From NCBI GenBank assembly GCA_002774875.1, contig PCYM01000005.1:1979-65978 (forward strand): DNA of 64,000 bases, read 5' to 3'. Origin of the DNA: Candidatus Uhrbacteria bacterium CG10_big_fil_rev_8_21_14_0_10_50_16. Lineage in GTDB: Bacteria > Patescibacteriota > Patescibacteriia > UBA9934 > UBA11717. A program made the position numbers and the translations under genes. The first letter of the stretch is position 1; each line of letters starts with the position of its first letter. The notes under the pieces are model-generated. The model did no database searches, was not told the DNA's origin, and saw only the letters and a program-made list of their open reading frames with translations. Below are positions 49,801 through 58,623 of this stretch, in pieces.

Positions 49801-50632
49801 AACATTCGAAGATGGCTATAAAACACTACCCAAGGATGACGATCGCGGTTTGATGCGACTTAAGGTTCGTAATCTGTCGGATTTAAAGGGGTATCTAAAA
49901 CAAATGAAGAGAAAAACAGGAACACCGCAACCAAACGGATCTCCTTCTGATCCAAATCCTCAGACAGAATTGCCGGTGTTGTATACGGGGGAAAGAGATG
50001 AGGAGACAGAAATACTACCTCCAACGTCGATTCACGATCGTGAGAGGGATCGTTTTACGGATGTGATAGACGTTGAAGAGGAGGATGGATTGGAAAAAGG
50101 ACGAGAAATGAGACAATTGCCACCTCCACCGCCAGATGTGTTTGATCTGCACGAAGCGGCCCGAGGTGGGCGTGATGCAGAACGTATGGTGGCGCTCGAT
50201 GCAGCGCGACGGGCGGCGATGGAGGAAGAAGAGGAGGAGGAAGAAGCGGGTGAGGGACTTGCGGCGGCAGCCGTGTTGGCCGCGGCGGCGGCAGCACGTG
50301 CGCGGGCCGGAGATGGGGGAGGTGGTGCCGGATCTCCACCGGGTCTTGGAAGAAGAGCGTTAGATGCGTTTAGTGGTTCCTGGGGATCGCTCTTAGCAGA
50401 CACAGCGCTCATTAACTGGGGCGGAGGATTGCTTAAATGGGGTACAAATCTTCCCGGGCGTGCGATGGACGTGGGCGACGAGATTTTGGATCGTATACAA
50501 GATTTCTTCCACGGGTTGTCCTTTAGCTGGTTGCCGTTTAGCTCTAAAAAGACGTTTAAGGACCGTGGAAAGCTCGCCATGACGGCAAAAGAGAAAGATG
50601 ACTTTGACGCTTCAAAGAAAAAAGCTGCGTAA
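46883..50632 (+). CDS. Large multidomain protein containing a PP2C/PPM-like phosphatase domain
   Basis: SDED, IDAMGG, HMGDVR, DFSHVQDLV, HPDRNKVT, TDG and DD motifs; helical and acidic flanks. Confidence 0.75.
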   Translation: MAKRTKMTRADKEALGAEPGDPSVDVLSDEKKKEQLERAQDQRLHTLLHAVRLHKRLGTLLEKIPVNKRSPGQVAHDVNAQLRELVPLFETSGIVTASMSQQDIDALRLSLLVIPEGKSSVDIVREGHQKLEKALNAIRSAAKIAPEDRDIVSANHLENKVGLLRRTRGIERGIGRLQTEWRARGPKAPKNAAEAAAVLKPFIESSAEVLTIASQGDPKEVKVFVDQLLAELQKVSSLREAYVLTREKLQGVHDLVLENLSGDHVREQQLLQGVLDEEEQWHQRAQHPGKEAKVAWDAAYKQAREEARAAIDAHKSAPTTAEDTVDVDAAVATETVDGDSAIVEDVPVMEEIPEEVKVETRPSADLAEKTRRLKEWDTLTRQFASAQMFLLNPEFATDADISQADRARTVNDIVRRALITSEHTGVSTADLDMLRGLLVKDTDVNGKTWQKQLHTIEKALQQLRGRSLNQLKVTVEEEQRTQEALDVARVSAPVEEVVEEPAALDAIEPVTEQTFAQYWEELQEEDSSYANALGMDGALNLWEETAGAVDAESTEEPLDSDPLEHAENTSDVLPWSDEDVTEEVDQIGAKQLENIWEGREVFGPVERPVSGPIRSEPKEEEVNMEDTLDVPPVEETLYIGSPDDAPEVLSENVVQAFESLFKKRYGESAPDGVVVTRGERRGQMVVSGARLDYISNEKLSYKSDEDRVVISKDGCSFMVIDAMGGMGNGDIVADVLAAHVAAGEDEDLYQSIVAAQRELLNMQRDYKIDARSGACFASGELTLQGDDVVLETMHMGDVRLVVRGADGTVRFVSRDFSHVQDLVDNGIIEADRALYHPDRNKVTSAVSADCVPKKDGLIYDRETKRIIAAVQDLVDRGLKPETATALLEKAWEEMQKGLHMTDAIGRATIVLQEGDEVFALTDGYTDNFTTEELLDLLDTHDGDLQILDILTTARVEAYEKGNVGSSVYRQVHPTFEDGYKTLPKDDDRGLMRLKVRNLSDLKGYLKQMKRKTGTPQPNGSPSDPNPQTELPVLYTGERDEETEILPPTSIHDRERDRFTDVIDVEEEDGLEKGREMRQLPPPPPDVFDLHEAARGGRDAERMVALDAARRAAMEEEEEEEEAGEGLAAAAVLAAAAAARARAGDGGGGAGSPPGLGRRALDAFSGSWGSLLADTALINWGGGLLKWGTNLPGRAMDVGDEILDRIQDFFHGLSFSWLPFSSKKTFKDRGKLAMTAKEKDDFDASKKKAA

Positions 50633-52897
50633 TTACGCAGATTTTTTGGTACGCGGAGCGCGTGTCTTTTTTGGTGTGTTAAGCAGTTCCGTTGCCTGTT
50701 CGGGCGTAATCGTCAATACCGTGTAGTCGGCCTTGGCTGGCAAACTGCGCGATTCCTCGCCTGCTTTTATGTAGGGACCAAATCGTCCCATTTGCGCGGT
50801 GATCGGTTCTCCTTTCCATTCACCGAGTGTTCGTGGAAGTGAGAGTAGCTGGAGCGCGGTCTTAAAATCGACATCCTCAAGAACCATTCCTCGTAGGAGA
50901 CTTCCGCGTTTTGGTTTCTCTTTGTTCTTCTTCATCTCCTCTGTTTGCTCACCAAGCTGCACATAGGGACCAAATCGTCCCGTGCGCAGCGTGACATCTA
51001 GCCCTGTCTCTGGATCTTTGCCAAGCGACTCGGGCTCCACCTCTTCACGTTTGGATCCATCTTTGTTGAGCGGGATGGTGTGCTTACATGCGGGGTAGTT
51101 GGAGCAGGCCATGAACTTTCCAAAGCGACCAATCTTGATCACCATGGGGCTCTGACATTTGTCACAGACCTCATCTGTGGTTTCCTCGGTCAACTCTTTT
51201 TTATCGAGTGATTTGTCTTTCTCAATGAGCGTCTTGTGAAACGGTTTGTAGAACGCGTCGATCACAGGTACCCATGCGGTTTTTCCTTCTTCGATGTCGT
51301 CAAACTTCTGCTCCATGTCGGCAGTAAAATCTTTGTCGACGATGTGTGGGAAGTGCTCCACGAGCAAGTCATTAACCGTGTAGGCAATGTCTGTTGGCGC
51401 AAGACGCTTGGCCTCATCGCGTTCCACGTATCCACGATCGATAATGGTAGAAATGGTTGGCGCAAAGGTAGACGGTCGTCCAATGCCGTGTTCTTCCAAT
51501 TCTTTGACGAGCGTTGCGTCGGAATAACGTGCAGGTGGCTCGGTAAAATGTTGCGTGGGTTCCAATCGTTGCAGGGTGACGGTATCGCCTTGCTGCATGC
51601 TTGGCAGTAGCAACTCCTTGGTGGTGTCTGGGTAGAGTTTGAGGTACCCAGGGAAGGTAATCACGGATCCTGTGGTACGGAACGACCCTACATCTGAGCT
51701 CATAAGCACGGTGTCCTTGGTCAACAAGGCTTCCTTCATCTGTGTGGCAACCGCACGACGCCAAATAAGGTCATATAACTTATATTGACGAGGGTCGAGG
51801 TGATCTTTGAGGGACTCGGGTGTACGTGTTGGATCGGAGGGGCGAATGGCCTCATGGGCCTCTTGTGCTCCCTTGCTTCCATTTTTAAATACGCGCGGCT
51901 TGGAGAGGGCGTATTCGGCTCCAAACGTGGCTTGCACGTAGGCATTGGCTTCCTGCAAAAATTGTTCGGACAGGTTGAGCGAGTCGGTACGCATGTAGGT
52001 AATGAGACCCGTCATTCCTTCTTTTCCAAGACGGATTCCCTCGTACAACTGCTGTGCTAAGCGCATGGTTTGCTTAGAACTAAATCCAAGACGACTGTTG
52101 GCATCTTGTTGTAATGTAGAGGTACGGTACGGAGGTTTTGGTTGCTTCTTTGCGGCTTTTTGCTCAATAGAATCAATAACGTAGGGGCTTGCGAGCAATG
52201 TCTGCGTCATGGTCTGCGCATGCTCGGCGGTTTTGATATCCATTTTACCAACCTTCTTTCCTTGGAAGGTTGCGAGCTTTGCTTCAAACTCGGTCTCCGT
52301 ATGCTTCATGAACGCGTCCAAGGACCAATACTCCTCTTTGTTAAACGCGTCTCGTTCACGCTCGCGCTCCACTACAAAACGCATGGCTACGGATTGTACG
52401 CGACCCGCCGAGAGTCCTCGCGCAACTTTGTTCCACAAAAATGGTGAGAGCTCATACCCAACGAGGCGATCCAGCACACGACGCGCTTGTTGTGCGTCTA
52501 CGAGGTCGAGGTTGATGTGGCGAGGCTGACTCATAGCCCGCTCAATAGCGGACTTGGTAATTTCGTGAAAGACAATGCGCTTTGCCTTTTTTGGATCGAT
52601 CTTTAACACGCTTGCCAAGTGCCATCCAATAGCTTCTCCTTCGCGGTCGTCATCCGTTGCGATGTAGATTTCTTCGGCCTTGGAGGCAAGGGATTTAAGC
52701 TCTGCGACACGAGCTTTTTTGTCGGCAGGAACCTCATACTGAGGGGCGTAATCTTTGTCGATCTCAATGCCCATTTTTGACTTTGGAAGGTCGCGAATAT
52801 GACCAAAAGAAGACGTGACCTCGTAGGCGGCGCCCAAAATCTTCTTGACGGTTTTTGCTTTTGTTGGAGACTCAACGATTACAAGACGTTTTCCCAT
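50633..52897 (-). CDS. topA: DNA topoisomerase I
   Basis: IVESPTK, D.DREGE, SAGRVQS, ITYMRTD and GIGRPST motifs; one zinc ribbon followed by GRFGPY repeats. Confidence 0.97.
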   Translation of the reverse strand: MGKRLVIVESPTKAKTVKKILGAAYEVTSSFGHIRDLPKSKMGIEIDKDYAPQYEVPADKKARVAELKSLASKAEEIYIATDDDREGEAIGWHLASVLKIDPKKAKRIVFHEITKSAIERAMSQPRHINLDLVDAQQARRVLDRLVGYELSPFLWNKVARGLSAGRVQSVAMRFVVERERERDAFNKEEYWSLDAFMKHTETEFEAKLATFQGKKVGKMDIKTAEHAQTMTQTLLASPYVIDSIEQKAAKKQPKPPYRTSTLQQDANSRLGFSSKQTMRLAQQLYEGIRLGKEGMTGLITYMRTDSLNLSEQFLQEANAYVQATFGAEYALSKPRVFKNGSKGAQEAHEAIRPSDPTRTPESLKDHLDPRQYKLYDLIWRRAVATQMKEALLTKDTVLMSSDVGSFRTTGSVITFPGYLKLYPDTTKELLLPSMQQGDTVTLQRLEPTQHFTEPPARYSDATLVKELEEHGIGRPSTFAPTISTIIDRGYVERDEAKRLAPTDIAYTVNDLLVEHFPHIVDKDFTADMEQKFDDIEEGKTAWVPVIDAFYKPFHKTLIEKDKSLDKKELTEETTDEVCDKCQSPMVIKIGRFGKFMACSNYPACKHTIPLNKDGSKREEVEPESLGKDPETGLDVTLRTGRFGPYVQLGEQTEEMKKNKEKPKRGSLLRGMVLEDVDFKTALQLLSLPRTLGEWKGEPITAQMGRFGPYIKAGEESRSLPAKADYTVLTITPEQATELLNTPKKTRAPRTKKSA

Positions 52898-53003
52898 AGA
52901 TGGTGGTTTCGCAAGGGATAATGCGGGACGGGGGGCGGTCTGTCAAGTTTTGTGTTCATATTTTTGTTCTGTTTCCTGTGTTTCTGTGGGTTTCCTTTGT
53001 TTT

Positions 53004-53036
53004 ACCTCCCCCTTAGCAAGGAGGGGACGGAGGGGC
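53004..53036. repeat. REP-like short palindrome with G-rich tail
   Basis: ACCTCCCCCTTAGCAAGGAGGGGACGGAGGGGC. Confidence 0.5.
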
Positions 53037-53066
53037 GCTGGGTTGTTTGGTCTGTTATCTGTTTTT

Positions 53067-53180
53067 GTCATCCTGAGCGGAGTGAGTTGCACGAATGGAG
53101 TCGAAGGACATTGGCCGTGATTTCTAGGAGAGATGCTTGCGAAGATATTGGCCAGGGTCCTTCGGCGGGCTCGGGATGAC
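53067..53180. repeat. REP/REPIN-like nested inverted repeat
   Basis: GTCATCCTGAGC...CGAAGGAC pairs with GTCCTTCG...GCTCGGGATGAC; inner TGGCC/GGCCA. Confidence 0.75.
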
Positions 53181-53334
53181 GGATTGGGATGACGGATAGG
53201 TTGATCACAACTTCGTAGGATCGCAATGATGATCAAAAAAATGTTCGTATCAAATATCCTTACGAACTGACACAACGGGTAGATGAAACAAGATCGGCGG
53301 TTAGATTGTGGGATGCGATATTGAAACAAGGAGA

Positions 53335-54420
53335 CTAATAAGCACGCACCACGTAGCCGCCGGGGAGGATTTGCACGAGACGTTTGAGCTCCATGAGGGT
53401 GAGGTGGCCGGCAAGACTGGTGACGGGCATTGCAAGCGTGCGAGCAAGGTCGTCAATGAGGGTGGGTTCGTGGTCAAGCTGATCCAGAATGGATTGATCC
53501 TGTGGGTTTGTTGAGATGCTGTGAGAGACCACCTGCGCAGCTTGGGATGCCTCGAGATCTATCACCTCCAACACGTCGTCGGCGCAGGTGACGAGAGTGG
53601 CGCCTTGGCGGATAAGGGCGTGGGTACCTTCGGATCGGTCTGATGTAATCATACCAGGCACGGCGCAGACCTCACGGTTTTCCGAGAGGGCACAATCGGC
53701 AGAAATGAGACTACCCGATTTAAGCGTTGCCTCTACAATAAGAATGGCGCGTGACAAACCAGCCACAATACGATTGCGCTGTGGAAACTGATAAGGTTCT
53801 GAGGGCGTCCCAATGGTCTGCTCACTCATCAAACATCCGCCAGAGGCTAGAATGTCGCGTGCCAGCTGTACATGGAACGTGGGAGAGATGTGGGACTCGT
53901 CTAAGCCTCCCGCCAATACCGCGATGGTGTATCCGCCGACTTCCAGTGTCGCTTTGTGCGCGTCGCCGTCAATCCCAAGTGCGAGCCCCGAGACAATCCC
54001 AAATCCGTGACGTGTGAGATCGCCCGCAAGACGTTTGGCAACAAGGTGACCATAACTGGTTGCGCGGCGTGAACCAACGATGCTTATGAGAACTTGATCG
54101 GCTGCAGGAAGCGTTCCTTTGAAGAAGAGCAGCGGAGGAGGGTCGTGTATTTCTTTGAGCAATGTTGGGTAACGCGGGTCAGTCCATGTAAGGAATTGTA
54201 CTTGGTGCTGCAAGAGAAGTTGTTCTTCTTTTGCCAGATCGAATGTGTGCTGAGTCGTGTGAATACGCTGACAAATAGCGGGAGGGATGTTGTGTTGATC
54301 GATGGTGTCAATGAGCGTTTGAGGAGATTGCAAACGCAACAGCACGCGTCTTACATGCGTGCTGTGGAGGACATGGGCGCGCGCGAGCACGAGCCATGCA
54401 AAACGGAGATCTTGATCCAT
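53335..54420 (-). CDS. dprA: DNA processing protein DprA
   Basis: IVGSR, VSGLALGIDGDAH, FPQRNRIV and SGSLISA motifs; C-terminal wHTH. Confidence 0.95.
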   Translation of the reverse strand: MDQDLRFAWLVLARAHVLHSTHVRRVLLRLQSPQTLIDTIDQHNIPPAICQRIHTTQHTFDLAKEEQLLLQHQVQFLTWTDPRYPTLLKEIHDPPPLLFFKGTLPAADQVLISIVGSRRATSYGHLVAKRLAGDLTRHGFGIVSGLALGIDGDAHKATLEVGGYTIAVLAGGLDESHISPTFHVQLARDILASGGCLMSEQTIGTPSEPYQFPQRNRIVAGLSRAILIVEATLKSGSLISADCALSENREVCAVPGMITSDRSEGTHALIRQGATLVTCADDVLEVIDLEASQAAQVVSHSISTNPQDQSILDQLDHEPTLIDDLARTLAMPVTSLAGHLTLMELKRLVQILPGGYVVRAY

Positions 54421-54431
54421 GGGTCCTGGGT

Positions 54432-55001
54432 TTAGGTACGATCCAGGGGAGGGGCCACGATACACTCGTGGAGTTTATGGATAGATTGCTGAATAAGTTG
54501 ATCTAATTGTTGACGTTCTGACTCGGTCCATTTGCCGAGCACAAAATCTTCTAATGCGACTTGTGAATTGTCTCCACGTCCGATGCCGATGCGTAATCGC
54601 CAGAAGGCGTCGGTTCCTAAGTGCTGTACGAGTGACTTAAGACCATTATGGCCTGCGGTCCCACCTCCTTGTTTGAGGCGAATGTCGCCAAAGGGGAGAT
54701 CGGCTTCGTCGTGCACCACAAAGATAGCATCGGGAGCAATGTTGTAATACTGCGCGTAGGATTGCACCGCCTCGCCGGATTTGTTCATAAACGTTTGCGG
54801 CTTGAGGCAATGAACCGTTACGCCGTCCACGGATGTTTTGGCCGTAAAGGCCTTGTGGGCGTTGTCCTCTTTCCATGTGCCATCCGCAAATGCGTCGAGT
54901 ACCTGGAATCCAATATTGTGTCGTGTGAGTTCGTATTCCATGCCGGGATTTCCAAGTCCCACTAGGAGCACCGTGTTAAACCTTTTTACTTGGGATGGCA
55001 T
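54432..55001 (-). CDS. pth: Peptidyl-tRNA hydrolase
   Basis: GLGNPG, TRHNIG, FMNKSG and GHNGLKS motifs. Confidence 0.96.
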   Translation of the reverse strand: MPSQVKRFNTVLLVGLGNPGMEYELTRHNIGFQVLDAFADGTWKEDNAHKAFTAKTSVDGVTVHCLKPQTFMNKSGEAVQSYAQYYNIAPDAIFVVHDEADLPFGDIRLKQGGGTAGHNGLKSLVQHLGTDAFWRLRIGIGRGDNSQVALEDFVLGKWTESERQQLDQLIQQSIHKLHECIVAPPLDRT

Positions 55002-56334
55002 AAAAAATAATCGGTGTTCCCGTGAACCCAAAGGTCTCACGGAGACGGTTTTCCAAGAAACGTGAGTAGGACGCGTGCAGAACATCTGTACGCATGCCTT
55101 TAATCACCAATTCAAACCGGGGAGGATTGATTCCAACTTGCTTCAGTCGGAAAATCTTAGGGTGTGCCACGCCTTTCCCACGTGCAGGCTTATGACGCGA
55201 AATAGTTTGATTGAGGAATTTATCCAAAGCGTTATCGTCGATGGTTCGCTCACGTTCTTTGAGAATTGTATCAAAAAGCGGGAAGAGCTTGTGAATACGT
55301 TGACGTTCTTTTGCAGAAATTGTCAAGATGGGGGCAAAGCGGATAAACGGAAGATGCCCGTAAACGTAGCGTTTCATGTTGGCGACCGCCTGCGTTTCCT
55401 TGCCTTCCATAAGATCCCACTTGTTGACCGCAATCACACACCCTACGCCGGCCTGGCGAATAAGACCTGCAAGTTTCTTCTCTTGTTGGTCGATGGGCTT
55501 AGTTGCATCTAGCACGAGCACCACAATATCCACACGCTTTAATACTTCTAACGTTTGTTTGACACCCGCGCGCTCCAATCCCTGTGACACACGTGCCTTG
55601 CGACGTACACCGGCCGTGTCTACAATAATGTATTGCTTGTTATCAAACTCAACCAACGTGTCGTTTGGCTCACGTGTTGTATGTGCGATTGGGGAGGTAA
55701 TGAATCGTTCCTCACCCAAAATTTCGTTGATGATGGAAGACTTACCCACGTTTGGTTCACCAATAAACGCAATCTTAGGAAAAAATTCTTCCTTGTAATC
55801 CTCTACGTGCTTACCGAGTTTTTGAAACATTTCAAAGAGTGTGTCGAGTAAATCACCTAACCCGTTTCCACGAACGGCACTGACAGGGCGAGGGATTTCT
55901 AATCCTGTGCGATACCACTCAGGTTCTGTGACGGTTTCTTTGGTGCGACCGTCTGCTTTGTTGCCGACAACAATCACGGGCTTGTCGGACCCAATGAGGC
56001 TGCGAGCAATTTTGAGGTCTTGTTGTAGGAGCCCTTCTTTACTGTCGAGTACCATTAAGATGATATCCGCCTCTTTCATGGCAAGCTCTGTTTGATGTTG
56101 GACGACGTCGTCGAAGGTTTCTGTTTTGTCGTATTCGATTCCACCCGTGTCTACGATTCTAAACAGCTGACCACGCCACAACACGAGACCATCTTTGCGA
56201 TCACGCGTGGTACCAGGAACATCAGAAATCATGGCGCGACTTGTTTCTGTGAGACGGTTAAAGAGCGTCGATTTGCCGACGTTAGCGCGTCCAACCAGGA
56301 CGGCGGTGGGGAGGGTTGTTGGAGAGGCTTTCAT
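54976..56334 (-). CDS. der: Ribosome biogenesis GTPase Der/EngA
   Basis: Two G domains (GRANVGKST and GEPNVGKSS) and a KH-like tail ending FTGTPI. Confidence 0.96.
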   Translation of the reverse strand: MKASPTTLPTAVLVGRANVGKSTLFNRLTETSRAMISDVPGTTRDRKDGLVLWRGQLFRIVDTGGIEYDKTETFDDVVQHQTELAMKEADIILMVLDSKEGLLQQDLKIARSLIGSDKPVIVVGNKADGRTKETVTEPEWYRTGLEIPRPVSAVRGNGLGDLLDTLFEMFQKLGKHVEDYKEEFFPKIAFIGEPNVGKSSIINEILGEERFITSPIAHTTREPNDTLVEFDNKQYIIVDTAGVRRKARVSQGLERAGVKQTLEVLKRVDIVVLVLDATKPIDQQEKKLAGLIRQAGVGCVIAVNKWDLMEGKETQAVANMKRYVYGHLPFIRFAPILTISAKERQRIHKLFPLFDTILKERERTIDDNALDKFLNQTISRHKPARGKGVAHPKIFRLKQVGINPPRFELVIKGMRTDVLHASYSRFLENRLRETFGFTGTPIIFYAIPSKKV

Positions 56335-56427
56335 GTGGCGAGGGTAGGGGCTGTTGAACAAACGTTGCGATCGAAGGTGATCAAAATCGAGGAAATGCTC
56401 AAAAAATCCTCAGAATGCGTACAGACG

Positions 56428-57894
56428 TTAGCGCTGTACGAGATTTGCCGAATTCTGCCCTAAAACGATCAAAAAGTCAACTGATGGAGCCACGCTTCCG
56501 TCACGGAGGCCCTCATCCTCTAAGGTAATGGTTCGAGGGGTAAGATCGTCGGTAAATAGCCAGCCGGTGACCGTTGTGGCGACGTCGGCTTTTAAATAGG
56601 CCTGTAACTCCTTAAGCGCCTCTGGATATTGTCCTTCGGTGAAGTCATAAATGACCGTATGGTCCCAATCGCGGTTGTTGGAATTGGCGACGGAGGCGAC
56701 TTCAAATCCTTGCCCCTCTAAGAGCTGCGAGGTTCTAAATGCGAGTCCACTGACGTCGGTTCCGTTCTCTATACGAATGCGTACGAGCTGCTGTGGAATG
56801 GAATCGGGGGTAACGGGTACAAACGCGGGATTTTCTTCAAAGACATTTGCCGCAATCGTACGAATACCCGACCAATCGTCGTTGTCGGGGAGCAATACGT
56901 AGGCGCCGTTTAGGTTTGTCTCGTAAAGCGGACTGTCTGGGCCGGAATCAAGAACATAATGAGTGATTTTCTCCGGGTCCAAATTACGTGCAAAGGTTGC
57001 GAGGCGGAGAATCTCCCACGTGCTTAAGTTAGTCTCGATGCTTTCCTTGACGGTGCCAATGAGATCACTAATGCGTTTTGGATTTAAAATCGTGTTGGCA
57101 GAAAAGAGTTTGTCTTTAACAGCGAGGAGAATTTTTTGTTGTCGACGAGAACGAGCAAAGTCGGATCCTTCTCCATTCGTGCCGTGACGTGAGCGTGCGT
57201 ATTGCAATGCGGTCTCTCCGTCCATGTGTTGCCAGCCGGTGTCAAATCGAATAGTCTGCGTGAGGTGATCACTTGTAGGATAGGTGGGATCTAAAAACGC
57301 TGTTTCTACGTAAACATCTACGCCGCCGAGCGCATTGAGGAATTTCTCAAATCCTTGAAAGTCAATGCGAACGTAGTAGTCGATCTCTTGTCCAATCAAA
57401 CCCCCAATGACGCCGGACGCGTATCGCGCGCCGTGACCTGGGTCCTCCAACTCGCCAAAATAGTTGGCGTGATTAATTTTGCGCCAGCCGTAACCGGGGA
57501 TGGGGATCGCAAGATCGCGTGGGATGCTCATCATGCCAACGTCTCCGGTGGACGGTTTGAGCGAGGTAAAAATAATCGTGTCCGACAAATCGGGACCATC
57601 GTGTCCGGCACCACCGATACCCAATAACATAACGTTGACGCGGTCTGTATCTTCTCCAATAAGGGTTCGATCTCCACTCGTCACAAAGGAGGCAAAGGAC
57701 CTAAAAAATCCCACCTTCTCTCCTGAGTCTGATGCAAGATCAGTTTTGGTCATAGCAAACGAAAATCCTATGCCAATAAGCGCCCCAATAAGAACGGTAA
57801 GAAAAAAATAACGTCCAAGCGCCCAGGGACTTGGTTTGGGATTTGGATTGAGTTCAAAGTGGTCTTTGAGGAGATTGATGCGAGGATCATTCAT
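56428..57894 (-). CDS. LCP (LytR-CpsA-Psr) family protein with LytR C-terminal domain
   Basis: N-terminal TM; SDTI, SIPRD, ARSRH, SDFARSRRQQ and ENGT..SGLA motifs. Confidence 0.92.
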   Translation of the reverse strand: MNDPRINLLKDHFELNPNPKPSPWALGRYFFLTVLIGALIGIGFSFAMTKTDLASDSGEKVGFFRSFASFVTSGDRTLIGEDTDRVNVMLLGIGGAGHDGPDLSDTIIFTSLKPSTGDVGMMSIPRDLAIPIPGYGWRKINHANYFGELEDPGHGARYASGVIGGLIGQEIDYYVRIDFQGFEKFLNALGGVDVYVETAFLDPTYPTSDHLTQTIRFDTGWQHMDGETALQYARSRHGTNGEGSDFARSRRQQKILLAVKDKLFSANTILNPKRISDLIGTVKESIETNLSTWEILRLATFARNLDPEKITHYVLDSGPDSPLYETNLNGAYVLLPDNDDWSGIRTIAANVFEENPAFVPVTPDSIPQQLVRIRIENGTDVSGLAFRTSQLLEGQGFEVASVANSNNRDWDHTVIYDFTEGQYPEALKELQAYLKADVATTVTGWLFTDDLTPRTITLEDEGLRDGSVAPSVDFLIVLGQNSANLVQR

Positions 57895-57982
57895 GGGCGC
57901 ATTCTATCCAAGTTCCCCCTTTGGTGCAACCCTTGATTTTTCCGAAAATTCGTGCTAGTATGCGTTTATATTAGCATTTAAC

Positions 57983-58621
57983 ATGTTTACAAAAAAAACA
58001 CCGACAGAAGAGAGTGCTCCAGTGACCCCGTCCCTCTTGGTCCGTATTTTTGGGCCTGTGATTGGTGGCGTTTTGTTGTTTGGATTGGAAATTATTCAGA
58101 TTGTCGTGATTGCGGCGGCGATCATTATTCCGATCCGCTACTTTTTGGTGCAACCGTTCTATGTGCGTGGGGCGTCTATGGAACCAACGTTTGAAGATCG
58201 AGAATACCTGTTGATCGATGAGGTCAGCTATCGCTTTCATGAGCCAGAACGCGGAGACGTGATTGTGTTCCGCTATCCTCGCGACAAGACGCAGTTCTTT
58301 ATTAAGCGGATCATTGGATTGCCGGGCGACACAGTGCGTGTGCAAGATGGAAAAGTAACGGTGATTGACTCGGCCCATACAAACGGTGTCGTACTCCAAG
58401 AAACCTATGTGTCACAACCGGTGACCTTGGGAAGCGAGTATGTCACCTTAAACCCGGATGAATACTTTGTCCTTGGAGATAATCGTCCGGCAAGTATGGA
58501 TTCACGCAGTTTTGGTCCTATTAAGTCAGAACATATTGTAGGGCGTGTCTGGTTACGCGGATTACCGCTGGATCGCTTCTCGATCTTTGAGACCCCTACC
58601 TACGAAGCCCTTACCGAATAA
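57983..58621 (+). CDS. lepB: Signal peptidase I
   Basis: SMEPT, FIKRIIGLPGD and GDNR..S.DSR motifs. Confidence 0.95.
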   Translation: MFTKKTPTEESAPVTPSLLVRIFGPVIGGVLLFGLEIIQIVVIAAAIIIPIRYFLVQPFYVRGASMEPTFEDREYLLIDEVSYRFHEPERGDVIVFRYPRDKTQFFIKRIIGLPGDTVRVQDGKVTVIDSAHTNGVVLQETYVSQPVTLGSEYVTLNPDEYFVLGDNRPASMDSRSFGPIKSEHIVGRVWLRGLPLDRFSIFETPTYEALTE

Positions 58622-58623
58622 TT

